This document shows positions 37,970 through 52,873 of a stretch of 64,000 nucleotides of DNA, one piece after another. Position 1 is the stretch's first letter. Every line of letters starts with the position of its first letter. The translations under genes were made by a program, and so were the position numbers. The notes beneath the pieces were generated by a model that was given only the letters and a program-made list of their open reading frames with translations, had not been told where the DNA came from and did no database searches. The DNA comes from Eledone cirrhosa (lineage: Eukaryota), in contig OZ024758.1 of NCBI GenBank assembly GCA_964016885.1, positions 5,580,001-5,644,000 on the forward strand. Direction: 5' to 3'.

Positions 37970-39325
37970 AGTTAGGAAAAAAAAAACCAGTTCATTACAA
38001 ACTATTATAACTATTATTTCAGTAGTTTAGAGCCTGTCTACTCACTATTCAATTAAAAGCTAAAATAGTGCACTTATATATGTAGCTTAGTTCATGATGA
38101 AATGTTAGCCTATTGTAAGGAGTTTCTGCAATGTATCTCAGTGAGAATATTTATAGATGCATAGAAATAGAGATCAGATAATAACAATGGTGACAATGAT
38201 AGTGATCACAAGGAAAAAGTAACATATATCTATATATATGTAAAGAACACATATAAACATAGATTGATACATACAAATACCAACATGTCTAATACTAGTA
38301 TACTATCAACTTGGTCATCTCCAGGTTTCTTAAAGGCAAAAAGAAACCATAGATATTTATTATTGTAAACTACAGTTTGTTTGTCTTCATATAAAATCTT
38401 TGAATACTGATATCTTCCAATACACAAATTCTCAAATTATGTTTTAAATTTCCTTTAGTTCACGAGAAACACATTTTTCTTAACCAAATGGTTGTTTGTG
38501 TTTATTCACTGTCATATAATACTATTGAAGTTAACATAAAGAGGTTGAAAACCATAGACCTTATCAAATCTAGAGAAAAATGAGTAGTTTTCATGTGCTT
38601 TTCTTCATAGTAAAGTGGTCTCGAATTCCTCACAGCCTTCTTCTTCGCCCACTTATTCCTGAGAGCATCATTGAAGCAGAGTCCTCAAGTATGTCTTCCA
38701 GTGAGTCCTGTTAAAAACAACTGTCTGTAGTTGATCCAGTAGGTTTGCCTGTAAAATCTCTCTAGCGATACTTTCCTAAGACATTCTAACCACATCCGTA
38801 ATATCAGAGCTGTGATCTCTAAATTCTAAGAAGTAGTAGCTCAACCTGGAGCAACTCTCTGATCTCCAAGCTATGCATTCTATCGAGTAATGTTACTCCA
38901 AAGACCCTTTGAAGGAACCTCATTTCGACCACTTGTATCCTTCAAATGTTGATAAATTAAATATTAGTGAAATATAGTTACCTTGTAAATTAAGAACATC
39001 AATACAATTAAAGTAAAAGTGGTGTAGTAATTCTTTGCTGCCAGCTAACAAAATAATTTTTACAATTTTACAGTGTTAATACAACATTTAGCATCGAATT
39101 GTACCTCTTCATGTTACCTATTTACAGGTAGATTGATTAAACCATCAGAAACTAAGTCTAATAAGTCTAATTACTAACTATTAACACTTCAGATTTAGTT
39201 CTAATAACCAATGTAGTTAGCTGCAACACCACTTATAAACAAATGCTGTTTTATAAATAGTAAAACATTTTCTAGTCATACACTTGATAATTTTATGTTG
39301 TTTTGTTATAATTGAACAAACAAGA

Positions 39326-39331
39326 AATAAA
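39326..39331 (+). terminator. Candidate polyadenylation signal for NPHP3
   Basis: AATAAA followed by T-rich sequence about 1.35 kb after the stop; other AATAAA hexamers exist in this AT-rich DNA. Confidence 0.3.
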
Positions 39332-39721
39332 AAGGATATATTTTCTTGTTTAAGTTAAACATTTGTACAAATCTAACAAAATTTATTAATAAGAATATAA
39401 AATAATTTATATTTCAGTATTTTTGTTGTTCAATATTTCTTATATTTACTAGGTTCCTCTTCCTCACTGCCAGCCCCTCCTACATATCTCTATCTTATTA
39501 CTTCTAACCCTTGCAATAAACTACAAATATGACAGAAGTTATCTCATTCTCCTCTCAACTTAAAATGGAGTTGCCTCCCTGTCCCCCCCCCTTTCACTCC
39601 TACATAAATGTGTGATGGACAGACAGACGGAGAAACAGCTTATATTTTATCTTCTTGTGACGCTAAACTCTGCCAGTTGCAGACTGTGCATTAACATGTG
39701 ATATCTCTCTCCACAAAGTTT

Positions 39722-39976
39722 GATCACCAACAGCAGAGTTTAAAGAGCAAAGATCAAGTCCAGTCCATAAGTTGACATTATCAAGCCATCATTTTGGCTA
39801 CCGGCCTCTGCTTCTCTTACCAGCCAACCTTCCTTCCAGGAATATATAATATCTTTCGATCACCAACAGCAGAGTTCAAAGAACAAAGGTCAAGCCCAGT
39901 CCATAAGTTGACATTATCAAGCCATCGTTTTGGCTGCCAGCCTCTGCTTCTCTTACCATTGAACCTTCCTTCCAGG
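39722..39976. repeat. Tandem duplication of about 118 bp
   Basis: GATCACCAACAGCAGAG...CTTCCTTCCAGG at about 39722 and 39859. Confidence 0.85.
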
Positions 39977-41124
39977 CATAACCTACTCACACATCTTTTT
40001 ATATGACTATAGAAGATTATATAGATAGATTGATAGCTTCACTTCCATAATGATGTCAGTGGATGATTTATTAATCTTATTTCAGATTATGGAGGAGAAG
40101 GTTCAGTGAGAGTTACAACTCATGTATTTTTCGACGCTCTAACGACTCTGCCAATTCACAGCTCATTATCACTATTATAAGGGAGGTAAATTAATAGTAT
40201 TGATAGAGTGTCGGACAAATTTGCTGTATTTAGAAACGACTTTCTATGTTTACGAGTTCAATTCCAGCTGAGGTCAACTTTGCCTTTGAACCTTCTGGAG
40301 TAGATAATATAAAGTAACAATTAAGCAATGGGCTTTATATAATCGATTTTCCACTTCCCTCAAATTGCTGGCCTCATGCCAGTGTTAAAAAGGGATTGCC
40401 AGTATCGGGAGAGCGTCAGACGCCATGCTTTGCAGCATAGTTATGGCCCTTTACGTTCTGGGTTCAAATCTCGCTGAGGTTAACTTCTCGTAGTCGCTGT
40501 TATTGACGTGTTCAGGGATTGGATTATATTTTGTGGATCTTTCAATATTTGGATGAAAATTTCTTTGTCGATTTGTATGGAATTATTATAAAGAGAAGTA
40601 AGGATTTTAAAAGTATTTTTCTGTCCTCTTTGGACTAAAAAAAAAAGACATTTTAAAACACTTTTTTATTTTTAGATCTTTCTTTTCCATTTAGCTATAT
40701 TTCAACATGGCGCTCGTATTTGGTTAATGGAGAAAGACGCTCCCCATAGCATCCACATAAAATTATCTCCAGCCACAGTCTAGATAAGTTTGTAAGGGAA
40801 AATATTGACATTGATTTAAAAAAGGAAAAAAGAAAAATATAAAGAGTTAACAACACGGAACAAACTGATAAAGGAGTAAAAAATATCAAACAGAAACAAT
40901 ATTGATTTAAACATTCTAAGACAATCAATAACAACTACCCTCATAAACACACATTAACAAATTTTACAAGTATAAATGTGAGTGGCTTCGGAAGAAGTTT
41001 TGCGTATGCTGATTGCAAAAATATTTCTGGGTAGAAATAGATCCAGTCTCAAAAAGTAACCTGGCTGTGGTTTGTCAGAAAAGAGTGCACCAGTTTGTCT
41101 GGAATTTTTTTAAATTCATGACTT

Positions 41125-41610
41125 TGTGCCAACCCTTACCTTTGGTCATGAATCTTGGGTAATGACCAAAAGCATACGATTGCAAGAATACAAGTGGCCG
41201 AAATGACGTTCCTTCGATGCGTCTTTGGAGTAATGTTACTCGATAGAGGGTGTAGCTCGGTGTAGCTCGATAGAGGGTGTAGCTCGGAGAACAGAGTGTC
41301 GCTCCAAGGAGAGTTGCCGCTTCTCCGAATAGAAAGATGACAGCTCTGATATTGCAGACATGAGGTTAGAATATCTCAGGAAAGAATCGCTGGACAGATT
41401 TTACTGGCAAAAACCAACCGACAGAAGACCCAGGAGTAGACCCCGAGTAGGATGGTTGGATAACATACTTGAACTGGGTTAGGTCAGGCTTGGTGATCCA
41501 GCTGGATCAATTGGAGACGGTTGCTTGACAAGTCCTGCTGGAAGGAGTGTTTGAGGATCCTGGCCCCACGACCCTCCCAGAAATAAGTGGGCGAAGAAGA
41601 AGAAAAAGAA
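41125..41610 (+). mobile_element. Decayed RTE-like LINE 3' fragment
   Basis: LTFGHESWVMT..., VAEMTFLR, RRPRSRPR remnants, (GAA)n tail. Related remnants near 1690-2060(-), 36170-36520(+), 38640-38940(-). Confidence 0.65.
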
Positions 41611-42364
41611 CTGCTGCTCTTACATCAGTTTTCCTATCCTCTTCCACTCTCCCTCACTAACACCAATGTAGCGTACAGTAGCACTAACAACAATATCAAC
41701 AACATTGTCACCACAAACGTCTTAGAACGAAAAACCAGTAGTAATAGTAGTAGTAAAAGTAGTAGAAGTAGAGGATATGCAGATATTTCCTTACTAAATA
41801 CACATAACTGATAGTCCTACACACAAGTCATTAACATATAATCCCCAAGAGTTAAACTAAAATATTGTTGAAAAATACCAAAGAATGCAGTCATCACAGA
41901 ACAAACATTTATAAATGTTTCTATAAAAGAAAATCATAAGAAAAACATAATAAACAAAATGTAACACAAGTAAGATTATATTTATAGATATCAAAGTCAA
42001 GATGGCTTCTTTTTCGTTCATTTTCAGAATCAACAATTTAATGGAAAGTAGAAATGAATTTAAAAACTTTTTTAAAATTAGATTTTTTGTTGCTTTGTTA
42101 ATATATATATATATAATTTTTTTTTTGTTTTCATTATTATTTCAATAAGAATCCAATGTTTTGTATTATATTTTTAATGAATGTTGGGAAAATTATTCCT
42201 GTTGTTGTCGAGCAAGCCTAGGATTAAATGCTTTCCAGGGGAGATAATCCGGTTTCCTTTTTCCGAGGAGGCACAGTGCACTAAAGACACCTTGTCTTGA
42301 ATGTTTGTCTCTTCTAAGACTGCAATGTGTGACATATAGGACGATGGAGATTCAACTGTTTTCT

Positions 42365-42400
<36 letters not shown>

Positions 42401-42519
42401 TGCATACTGTAGTATAAGTTCGGTGGAGGTAGCCATTTTCTTTTTATATAACTGGCTGAATGAGTTGGGGTGTACAATCCTACGAAACGTAAGTACCTGT
42501 ATATGTCACTGTTGTAACG

Positions 42520-42550
<31 letters not shown>

Positions 42551-43247
42551 CTATGTGTGTGTGTGTATCTATAAGTGTATATATAAATATATATATATAT
42601 ATGTAAGTTTAGAAATACAAACGACAGAGTTCTCTATACATGTAACCTTATTTAGATGTATAAAGTCAATGCTGAGATCGATAGCTAATTAGGCTTTCTC
42701 CTATATAATAAACATATAGATGTACAGAAACATTACATGATTTATTGAAATCTACGTAGACGTGGAAATAAATACTCTGACAAATGTAAATAGGTCTGTT
42801 TGTTACGTATCTCTCCGTGGACAGAAAACTCTCTAGCTCGTTTTCGACTCTCGATTGGGGTTTTCTCAGAATTTATGTACACTTTATTCTATTCACGAAA
42901 AAAATGCGCAACTATTGGTTATAATAAGTCCACTAACCCCGCTCAAATATGGCATCTGCAAATTGATGTTAATAAATTTGGTGGGCTTATAAATGTCCAT
43001 GGTTATGTGGTTAGAATGGTGGCCTCATGATCGTAGGTTCATGAGTTCGAATCTAAGATTGGGCTGCATTTTTTGACTTTAAACAAGACACTTTATATCT
43101 CGTTTCTCCAGTCTACTCAGTTGGGGGAAAATGTGTTGTGACAACACTGGTGCCACATCGGTGTCGTGGAGAGATGAGATTTGCAGTCATGGGTAACTGC
43201 TAGTCTTTTACAAAACTCTCAGTCCAGACTTGAAATGTGGTGTATAC

Positions 43248-43475
43248 CAGGCATGTCAAACTGAGGGTCCCCCCCCCCCCCCCGAGGGCTGCATGGGTCA
43301 AATATGTATAGTCTGAGGTCCACACACGACAACTAATTGCGCACATTACAAATAATTTTTTTAATTTCATATTACTAATATAAAACATGCTTGCGCTTTA
43401 ACATTTTTGTGCGGGCCGCAAGTGTGCCTGTAAAGGGCTGCATACGACCTGTGGACTGCATGTTAGAAATGCCTT
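43248..43475. mobile_element. hAT-type MITE
   Basis: CAGGCATGTCAAAC...GTTAGAAATGCCT ends; 8-bp flanks GTGTATAC/GTGCATAC. Confidence 0.6.
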
Positions 43476-43964
43476 GTGCATACGGTCTCTGAGGATCACT
43501 CAATAAGGATGTCACCAAGAGTCAGTTCGTTCATTGTATCTCTATTCACAGAACGATACGTAAGAAACCCGTATGCTTACATATGTTACTATATGTATTT
43601 ATATATTTTCCCAGCTTCGGTTAAATCTTATACTGTATACCAGGGTCGGCCGAAAGGTTCATAGGCTGCCTATGAAGGAGTGATGCTAGAGATGTGAAAT
43701 CTTTTCATGCATTAATTTCAGCCGTTTCTATCAATAACTGCATTGTTTCTTTCCAAGAAACATGTTGAAAAATAAACCTCATTTGGTCATTCCATGAGAG
43801 TATCTTGGTCCGCCTATGAAATGTTCAGCTAACCCTTGTATGAACATCTATGTGTGTATATTTTATATCTCAGTTGCTTAGTGCACAGTTTAGGATCTCC
43901 CCTATATATACCCACGTACCTACATGTGCATGTATGTTTAAATGTATAGTATGTGCACACACTC

Positions 43965-44010
<46 letters not shown>

Positions 44011-44244
44011 GTAGACAGGTGCTCGATAACAAATTAGAAATTATAAGGCGTTATGTCCAATGTCACACTCTCTCACACAGACAGACATACACACACACAC
44101 AGACACACACACACACACACACACAGACACACACAGGGGTGTGTAGACATTGGAAATTATAATATCCTGGTCAATTGCCCAAGATTATTTTAAACATTTC
44201 TACATTTTGTAATTTATTTTGTTTTCAATATCTTTACAACAGTT

Positions 44245-45031
44245 TATATATATATTATAATATATATATATAATATAATATATATATTATAATATATTAT
44301 AATATATATATATATTATAATATATTATAATATATATATATATTATAATATATTATAATATATATATATATTATAATATATTATAATATATATATATATT
44401 ATAATATATTATAATATATATATATATTATAATATATTATAATATATATATATATTATAATATATATATATATTATAATATATTATAATATATATATTAT
44501 AATATATATATATATTATAATATATATATATATATTATAATATTTATATATTATAATATATATATATACTATAATATATTATAATATATATATATATTAT
44601 AATATATATATATATATTATAATATATATATTATAATATATATACAATATATGTATTTATTTATTTATTATAATATATATATATATTTTTTAAAACCACG
44701 ACAAATGCCTATGTACACAGTATCGTTTATGTATGTATGTTTTCTCTTTTTCTTTTTCTACATGATATTTTCGTTGTTGTTATTTTTGTTAATTGTTTCA
44801 ACAGTTTAATTATGCTGACAAAATTTTGCATCAAATTCGTCTGTTTGTAAATTTCGCTATTTTTTGTCTTGTGTGTGCAATTGTGCATGTCTGTTTGTAA
44901 ATTCTTGTGTGTGCAATTGTGCATGTTTCATTTTCACCTCATGTATGGAGAGAGCCATGAAACATTCTCGTTTCCTGCCAATGAAGAATATATATATATA
45001 TTTGTTTATATATATAGCCATATATTCAAAT

Positions 45032-45090
<59 letters not shown>

Positions 45091-45223
45091 CCATATATTC
45101 AAATATAAATTTATATATATATATATATAGCCATATATTCAAATATATATATATATATATATATATAGCCATATATTCAAATATATATATATATATATAT
45201 ATATAGCCATATATTCAAATATA

Positions 45224-45264
<41 letters not shown>

Positions 45265-45307
45265 CCATATATTCAAATATATATATATATATATATATAG
45301 CCATATA

Positions 45308-45344
<37 letters not shown>

Positions 45345-45572
45345 CCATATATTCAAATATAAATTTTTATATATATATATATATATATAGCCATATATTC
45401 AAATATAAATTTATATATATATATAGCCATATATTCAAATATATATTTATATATATATATATATATATAGCCATATATTCAAATATAAATTTATATATAT
45501 ATATAGCCATATATTCAAATATAAATTTATATATATATATATATATATATATAGCCATATATTCAAATATAA

Positions 45573-45606
<34 letters not shown>

Positions 45607-46067
45607 CCATATATTCAAATATAAATTTATATATATATATATATAGCCATATATTCAAATATAAATTTATATATATATATATATAGCCATATATTCAAAT
45701 ATAAATTTATATATATATATATATAGCCATATATTCAAATATATATTTATATATATATATAAATATACCTATATATTTAAATATATATTTATATATATAC
45801 ATATACCTATATATTTAAATATATATAATATTATATTATATTATATTCGTGTATGTATAATTGTAAACGGAATGAACTGAAAACAAATAAAGTCATACAT
45901 ACTACAATCAAATACTTATTTTTTTTATAGTTCTGATCTCATTCAGGACTATTGAGTCCTCTGAGTATACGATGCATGGAAATGCACATTTTCGATGTAT
46001 TTTAACGAATGCTTATATATATATTCTCTCTCTCTATATATTCTATATATATATATATATCTATTAC

Positions 46068-46102
<35 letters not shown>

Positions 46103-46758
46103 CATATATTTATATATATCTATTATATATATATATGTATATATATATACATATATATATATGTGTATATATACATATATATATATATGTATATATATAT
46201 ACATATATATATATGTGTATATATACATATATATATATATGTATATATACATATATATACATTTATATATACATATATATGTATATATACATATATATAC
46301 ATTTATATATACATATACATATATATATACATATATATACATTTATATATACATATACATATATATATACATATACATATATATATACATATATATACAT
46401 TTATATATACATATACATATATATATACATATACATATATATACACATATATATATATACATATATATATTATATGTATTATATATATATATTATATGTA
46501 TTATATATATATATGTATTATATATATATATAATATATATTATATATATATATAATATATATTATATATATATATTATATATATATATATAATTATATAT
46601 ATTATATATATATATATATATTATATATATATATATATTATATATATATATATATTATATATATAATGTATTATGAATATATTATATATATAATATATAT
46701 TATATATATATCATAATATAATATACTATATATAATATACTATATATATTATAATATA

Positions 46759-46795
<37 letters not shown>
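44245..46795. repeat. Intergenic TA-derived satellites including (TA)n-GCCATATATTCAAA units
   Basis: Direct inspection; blocks at 44245-44685, 44990-45840 and 46015-46795. Confidence 0.9.
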
Positions 46796-46797
<2 letters not shown>

Positions 46798-47012
46798 ATA
46801 TGTTGTTGCGCCATAGCCATAACAAAGGAGGGCTTTAAAATATGTTTTAGTAATAGATTTATCAGCAGACCTTCTCTCTTCCAGCGTCCTTCGTCTGAAC
46901 ATGATGGAACAAACGTATTAGAAGGTGAAACCCCATTATTTTCTATCTCCTTCATTCTCACAGTCTGTCCGTTTGTCTCTCACTCTCACTCTCTCCCTCA
47001 CACTCTAACATA

Positions 47013-47194
47013 TCATCCGATAGATACTATAGTACCCATAGTACCCGTATAACAGGTAGAACAGCAAACGGCTGAATATGCCTTGTTGTTGCACATCCTG
47101 TGCTTTAAAACCAGCGGACACCATTTGTATTTGTCGAAGCACGTCCGATAAACTCTATCTTGGTAGCTGCGACTATGTTGAATATTGTGGTCGT
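47013..47194 (-). CDS. ADAMTS terminal exon, PLAC domain
   Basis: CFDKYKWCPLVLKHRMCNNKAYSAVCCSTC...TGA; six-Cys PLAC spacing. Confidence 0.93.
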
Positions 47195-47595
47195 CTGAAA
47201 AATAGAAATAAAAAGATTCTGTTAGAAACGCAACGAATTACACGCATACATGCATGCACACATACATACATACGTACATACATGGTGGCTGCCAACTCGT
47301 TTTCGAGTACGGCCACGACTTTATATCCATGTAGGAGAACCCCTACCGATGCGCTGAACGAGTGACTTTTTAGTCCAGCCAGCGACTTGAAAACTCTGGT
47401 ACAAACACTACACTTGTGACAATTATTGACACATAGTGCTGGTACCATGGTACCATGTGAGGACAAGTACAGAGAGATCTCCAGATATAAAGCAATGCCT
47501 GTGCCGTGAAGCTGTGCCGTGCTTTATATAAGTTATAAAACTTTTAAGTTTCTTGAATTCCAACAAATTAAATATAACCTTTGTATATATATACG

Positions 47596-47646
<51 letters not shown>

Positions 47647-47679
47647 CATAAGAGAAATAGGATATTAATAGAATCTTAC

Positions 47680-47827
47680 CATGGCTCACGTGACAGGCTT
47701 GTATCTCACAAGGTTGTCTGCTCCGTGGTTCTGATTTCTCATCACAAACAGAAACATATGTCCTCGATACTGGATCCACGCAAGTCACCCGTCGTCGCTG
47801 GAATCCTCGACCACATGTCGTTGAACA
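47680..47827 (-). CDS. ADAMTS exon, TSP1
   Basis: CSTTCGRGFQRRRVTC...PCEIQAC. Confidence 0.94.
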
Positions 47828-47859
47828 CTAATAATAATAATAATAGAAATAACAATAAT

Positions 47860-48305
47860 AATTGTTTCTACTTTTGGCACCAGGCCAGCAAGTACCCCGG
47901 TGTATTACTGGTACTTTATTTTATCGACCCCGTAAGGATGAAAGGCTAAGGTAACCTCGCAATAACAATAATAATGGTTTCTTATATAGGCACAAGGACA
48001 GCAATTCGGGAGGAGGGGTGGGAGTCGATTAAATCGACCCCGGCGCGTGACTGGTACTGTATTTTGTTGACCTCGTAAGGATGAAAGGTAAAGTGAACCT
48101 CGGCGGGATTTGAACTCAGATCATAAAGGGACTGGTTTCTTTTATAGGCACAAGGTTAGCAATTGTTTGGGAAAGGGAAAGTCGATTAAATCGACTCCAG
48201 TGCATTACTGGTGTTTTATTCATCGAGCCCATATGGATGAAAGGCAAAGCTAATCTCGACTGGATTTGAACTCCGAGCGTAAAGGGTCGTTATTCTATGC
48301 CGCCA
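47860..48305 (-). mobile_element. Cluster of three tandem SINE family A fragments
   Basis: Repeated GGCACAAGG...ACTGGT...GGATGAAAGG blocks. Confidence 0.8.
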
Positions 48306-48397
48306 ATTTATACTAACAATAATAGCAGCAATATAAATTCGGGGTGGAATTGGAAAAAATTTCTTTAGATAAAAATAACAGGTCCATTCATGTTGAC

Positions 48398-48451
<54 letters not shown>

Positions 48452-48503
48452 TATGTGTGTGTGTGTGTATGCATATATGTATTAATACATAAATTATACT
48501 TAC

Positions 48504-48707
48504 AGCAGACCAAATGGACGTCTGCCACTCAGGCACTTCTTTTTTCTCTGGACATGGAGGTCCTTTACATTCTCTTTTCAGATCAATATCTTCAAATGAA
48601 ACACTTGATTTACAGAAATCTGTAGGGGCAGATATGGTTTGGTTATTTTCTTTCTTCACACACAGTATCGACCGTCGCTCATGCCCCAGGCCACATTTAG
48701 CAGAACA
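48504..48707 (-). CDS. ADAMTS exon, TSP1
   Basis: CSAKCGLGHERRSILC...CKGPPC...WQTSIWSA. Confidence 0.94.
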
Positions 48708-48857
48708 CTATGAATAAAAAGAATATGCATATATATATGTGAACTAATAATAAGCATTTTAATAAACTCTGAAGAAACTTGTTATTAATACACAGGCAGA
48801 AACGGCTGTCAATTGAAAAATGATTTAAATCTTCGGTGTCATTTAAATTTTAATGTA

Positions 48858-49009
48858 CAGGGTGGTCCGAAAGTCTTGTCACCCCTACATACTGTTCTAA
48901 CTTCCATTATTTATAATATATTATAATATCATTCATTATAATATATAATAATAATATAATTTTCTAATTTTGTTTTTGGTAGGGGTGACAAGACTTTCGG
49001 ACCACCCTG
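48858..49009. mobile_element. Tc1/mariner-type MITE, 152 bp
   Basis: Perfect 31-bp TIRs CAGGGTGGTCCGAAAGTCTTGTCACCCCTAC; TA on both sides. Confidence 0.9.
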
Positions 49010-49565
49010 TAAATATATATATATATATATATATATACATATTGATTAAATGCTCGAATTTATTCCTTGAATTTTCTTTGGCTTATTTTTGGGAGATAAG
49101 ACGCAAGTATCAATGATTGGTCATTGGATTTTAAGATCCACAGATATTGTTTCTTAGCCCACTTCCCCCAAGACATGTAAACTTTCTTTCGGATTTCTTG
49201 AATATATGATTATGTTGATAATTGTTTCTACTTTTGGCACAAAACCAGCAATTACCCAGTACATTACTGGTACTTTATTTTATCGTCCCCGTAAGGATGT
49301 AAGGCAAAGTTAACCTCGACGGGATTTGAACTCAGACCATAAAGGAACGTGGCTATGCTAGAAAGCATGGCGTCCAACCCTCTGCCAATTCACCGTTGAT
49401 AATTGTTTCTGCTTTTGGCACAAGGCCAGCAATTACCCAGTGCATTACTGGTACTTTATTTTATCGACCCCGTAAGGATGAAAGGCAAAGTTAACCTCGG
49501 CTCGATTTGAACTCAGAATGGCAAGGGCGTAGATAAAATAATGGCCAATAAAATGGTAAACTTAC

Positions 49566-49754
49566 ATCAGACCAAGCTGTCACTTTCCAAGAATATTTGT
49601 CGGGACACTGTTTCTCTAGGGTACATCTTTCTTTTGATTCAGGTTTAGGTAAATGTCGACATCGGTCTGATGGTAGTCGTTTTGTATGTTTGACATTAAC
49701 AATACGACAGTCAACATGTCTTCTTCGTTGTCCTTCACCACATGTTCTGGAACA
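49566..49754 (-). CDS. ADAMTS exon, TSP1
   Basis: CSRTCGEGQRRRHVDC...CRHLPKPESKERC...WKVTAWSD. Confidence 0.94.
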
Positions 49755-49829
49755 CTATGGAAAATATAAGATTTATCACATGTTTGAGTTAGAATGTTTT
49801 AAATCTTCGGTGTCATTTAAATTTTAATG

Positions 49830-50004
49830 TGTGCGTGTATGTATGTATATGTATATATATGTATGTGTGTATATATATATGTGTATATGTATGTATGTAA
49901 ATATAGTTTCCATTTATTAATATATTGTATATATATATGTATATATATATACATATGTATATATATATATATATATACATATGTATATATATATATATAT
50001 ATAC

Positions 50005-50044
<40 letters not shown>

Positions 50045-50105
50045 GTATATATATATATATATATATATACATATGTATATATATATATATATATATATAC
50101 ATATG

Positions 50106-50141
<36 letters not shown>

Positions 50142-50220
50142 CATATGTATATATATATATATATATATACATATGTATATATATATATACATATGTATAT
50201 ATATATATATATATATATAC

Positions 50221-50289
<69 letters not shown>

Positions 50290-50355
50290 CATATGTATAT
50301 ATATATATACATATGTATATATATATATACATATGTATATATATATATACATATG

Positions 50356-50395
<40 letters not shown>

Positions 50396-50421
50396 TATAC
50401 ATATGTATATATATACATATG

Positions 50422-50455
<34 letters not shown>

Positions 50456-50658
50456 TATACATATACATGTGTATATATATATGTATATATATATATACAC
50501 ATATACATGTGTATATATATATATATATATATACGTATATATATACATATACATGTGTATATATATATATATATATACATATATATATACATGTGTATAT
50601 ATATATATATATATATATACATATACATATGTATATATATATATACACATACATATTA

Positions 50659-50691
<33 letters not shown>

Positions 50692-50719
50692 CATATATAT
50701 ACATATATATACATACATA

Positions 50720-50757
<38 letters not shown>

Positions 50758-50788
50758 CATATATATACATATATATACATACATATGA

Positions 50789-50819
<31 letters not shown>

Positions 50820-50922
50820 CATATATATACATATATATATACACATACATATATATACATATATATACATACATATGAATATATATATATATATATATAT
50901 ACATATGTGTATATATATATAT
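49830..50922. repeat. TA/TACATATG compound microsatellite
   Basis: Direct inspection. Confidence 0.95.
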
Positions 50923-51424
50923 GGAAAAACTGAACCTCTGCAACTCCTCGATACGTCCCTACATACATGTATCAATTATTTCTAGCTCCTATATACATCT
51001 TGTCTTTAATTAAGACTAAACCTCTCTTTGCTCTCATCCGCCCAGTTATTCTCAGCTATCAAATATCAACCATCAACATATGTCACTTCTGACTCTGGAC
51101 ATAATTAGGGTTAGATCAAAAGTTGTTCGCTTTTCTTTAGTCAATGAAATAAGTATCCGTTAGAAGCAACTAAGTAAGACTATGGTAATGTTTTTGTTGT
51201 TGAAATGATAATAAATATTTCAGAAAAGAAGACACTCTCTGATGTGTTGGTTATATGAGATAGGTGTCGTACTGTGTCTGTCAGATTGGCTACTTTCATG
51301 TCAAACGACAGCCGTGAAGCTAGTGTGTCAACTTATACAAGATGAGAAAGAAATACGACAAAAATAAATCCGACGTCCTTTTTTCTTTTGACCTTAAATC
51401 TCTTTTTTAAGTTATATATGTATT

Positions 51425-51522
<98 letters not shown>

Positions 51523-51954
51523 CATATATATACACATATATACGTATTTATATATACATATATATATATATATATACATACATATATATACAGCTTACGC
51601 TGATCGAATAACCATGTTGCTTGTTTTCTTCCCATCTTCGGTTAGCCTTTCTTCGATGTTGTTTACTTGTCTCACTCGCTTTACGCATTTCACTTGTCCC
51701 AATAGCTTATTTTAGTTATTGCTCGCACCAACGTGAGGTATATGATTTTTAATGCGATGAAATACCAATGATAGTTGGCAAATCACTGATGAGGGACTAA
51801 TTTTATAATATGTAATCCATGTGCAACCATGCAGTATTCTTCTCCCCATATTTTTCATATATATACATATATACACATATTTATACATATATATACAAGC
51901 ATGCCTTTTGAAGTGTTCCAAAAAGCGGGACGGACCAATTTTCTTTAACCATCG

Positions 51955-52128
51955 CTAGAAACTTTTTGAGATAGTACCTAGTGCGCCTATGACAATCGGG
52001 ACCACTTTGACTTCATGGCAGTTCCAAATCCTTTTAACCTCCCACTTTAAGTCCTGGTATCGGTTAATTTTCTCTCTCTCCTTCTCTTGCACTCTCGTGT
52101 CGAATGGGCAGGCCACATCCACAATCTT
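51955..52128 (-). mobile_element. R4/Dong-like RLE endonuclease fragment
   Basis: IVDVACPFDTRVQEKEREKINRYQDLKWEVKRIWNCHEVKVVPIVIGALG; abuts (TAA)n. Confidence 0.8.
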
Positions 52129-52645
52129 ATTATTATTATTTTTATTGTTATTATTGTCGTTATTATTTATATTTTTTTCGTGCAATGACCATACTCGATA
52201 ACGAGGGGGGCAGCCATCATGTATGTATGTAGGTAAGATTCTTTTTAAGTAAGCATGTACTGATACAATCTCTTCGTCCGTGACATTTCTGTCGAAGTAG
52301 GATGGTGTGGATATGACGACTTACGGGTTTTTCCCGTAAACAAAGAGTGAGGTAAATATCACAAGGTATCTTATAACTATCGCTATCTCTATATCTCGTC
52401 TTGTCTAGATTGTTGCCGACTGGCGATGAATCAGAGATAAATTAGGAATATATGCTTGATTATTCATACATATTTTTACCTTACGATAGAAGAAGAAGAA
52501 GAAGAAGACGAAGAAGAAGAGGAAGAAGAAGACGAAGAAGAAGAAGAATGTCACAATGATGATGATGATGATGATGATGATTGTAAGGAAAAAGATTATA
52601 GAGATATAGTGAACTAAAATGAAAGTGATATAAGCACATGCACCC

Positions 52646-52707
<62 letters not shown>

Positions 52708-52721
52708 GGAGAGCTCATAGC

Positions 52722-52751
<30 letters not shown>

Positions 52752-52756
<5 letters not shown>

Positions 52757-52873
52757 AACGAGTAGGACCCCGACGGCTGAGCTCAAGCCGTTTCGACGGC
52801 TAATTCTGGACTAAAAAAAAATTAGCCGTCGAAACGGCTTGAGCTCAGCCGTCGGGGTCCTACTCGTTCCTAT
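52752..52873. repeat. Fold-back palindrome, 54-bp arms, member of a dispersed family
   Basis: ATAGGAACGAGTAGGACCCCGACGGC...GCTAATT, 14-nt loop, exact reverse complement. Confidence 0.92.

Noticed and set aside
45955-46000. CTGAGTA...GAAA motif
   Set aside because: Core mismatch and no stem I.
51786-51850. CTGATGA box
   Set aside because: No GAAA box or compatible stems downstream.
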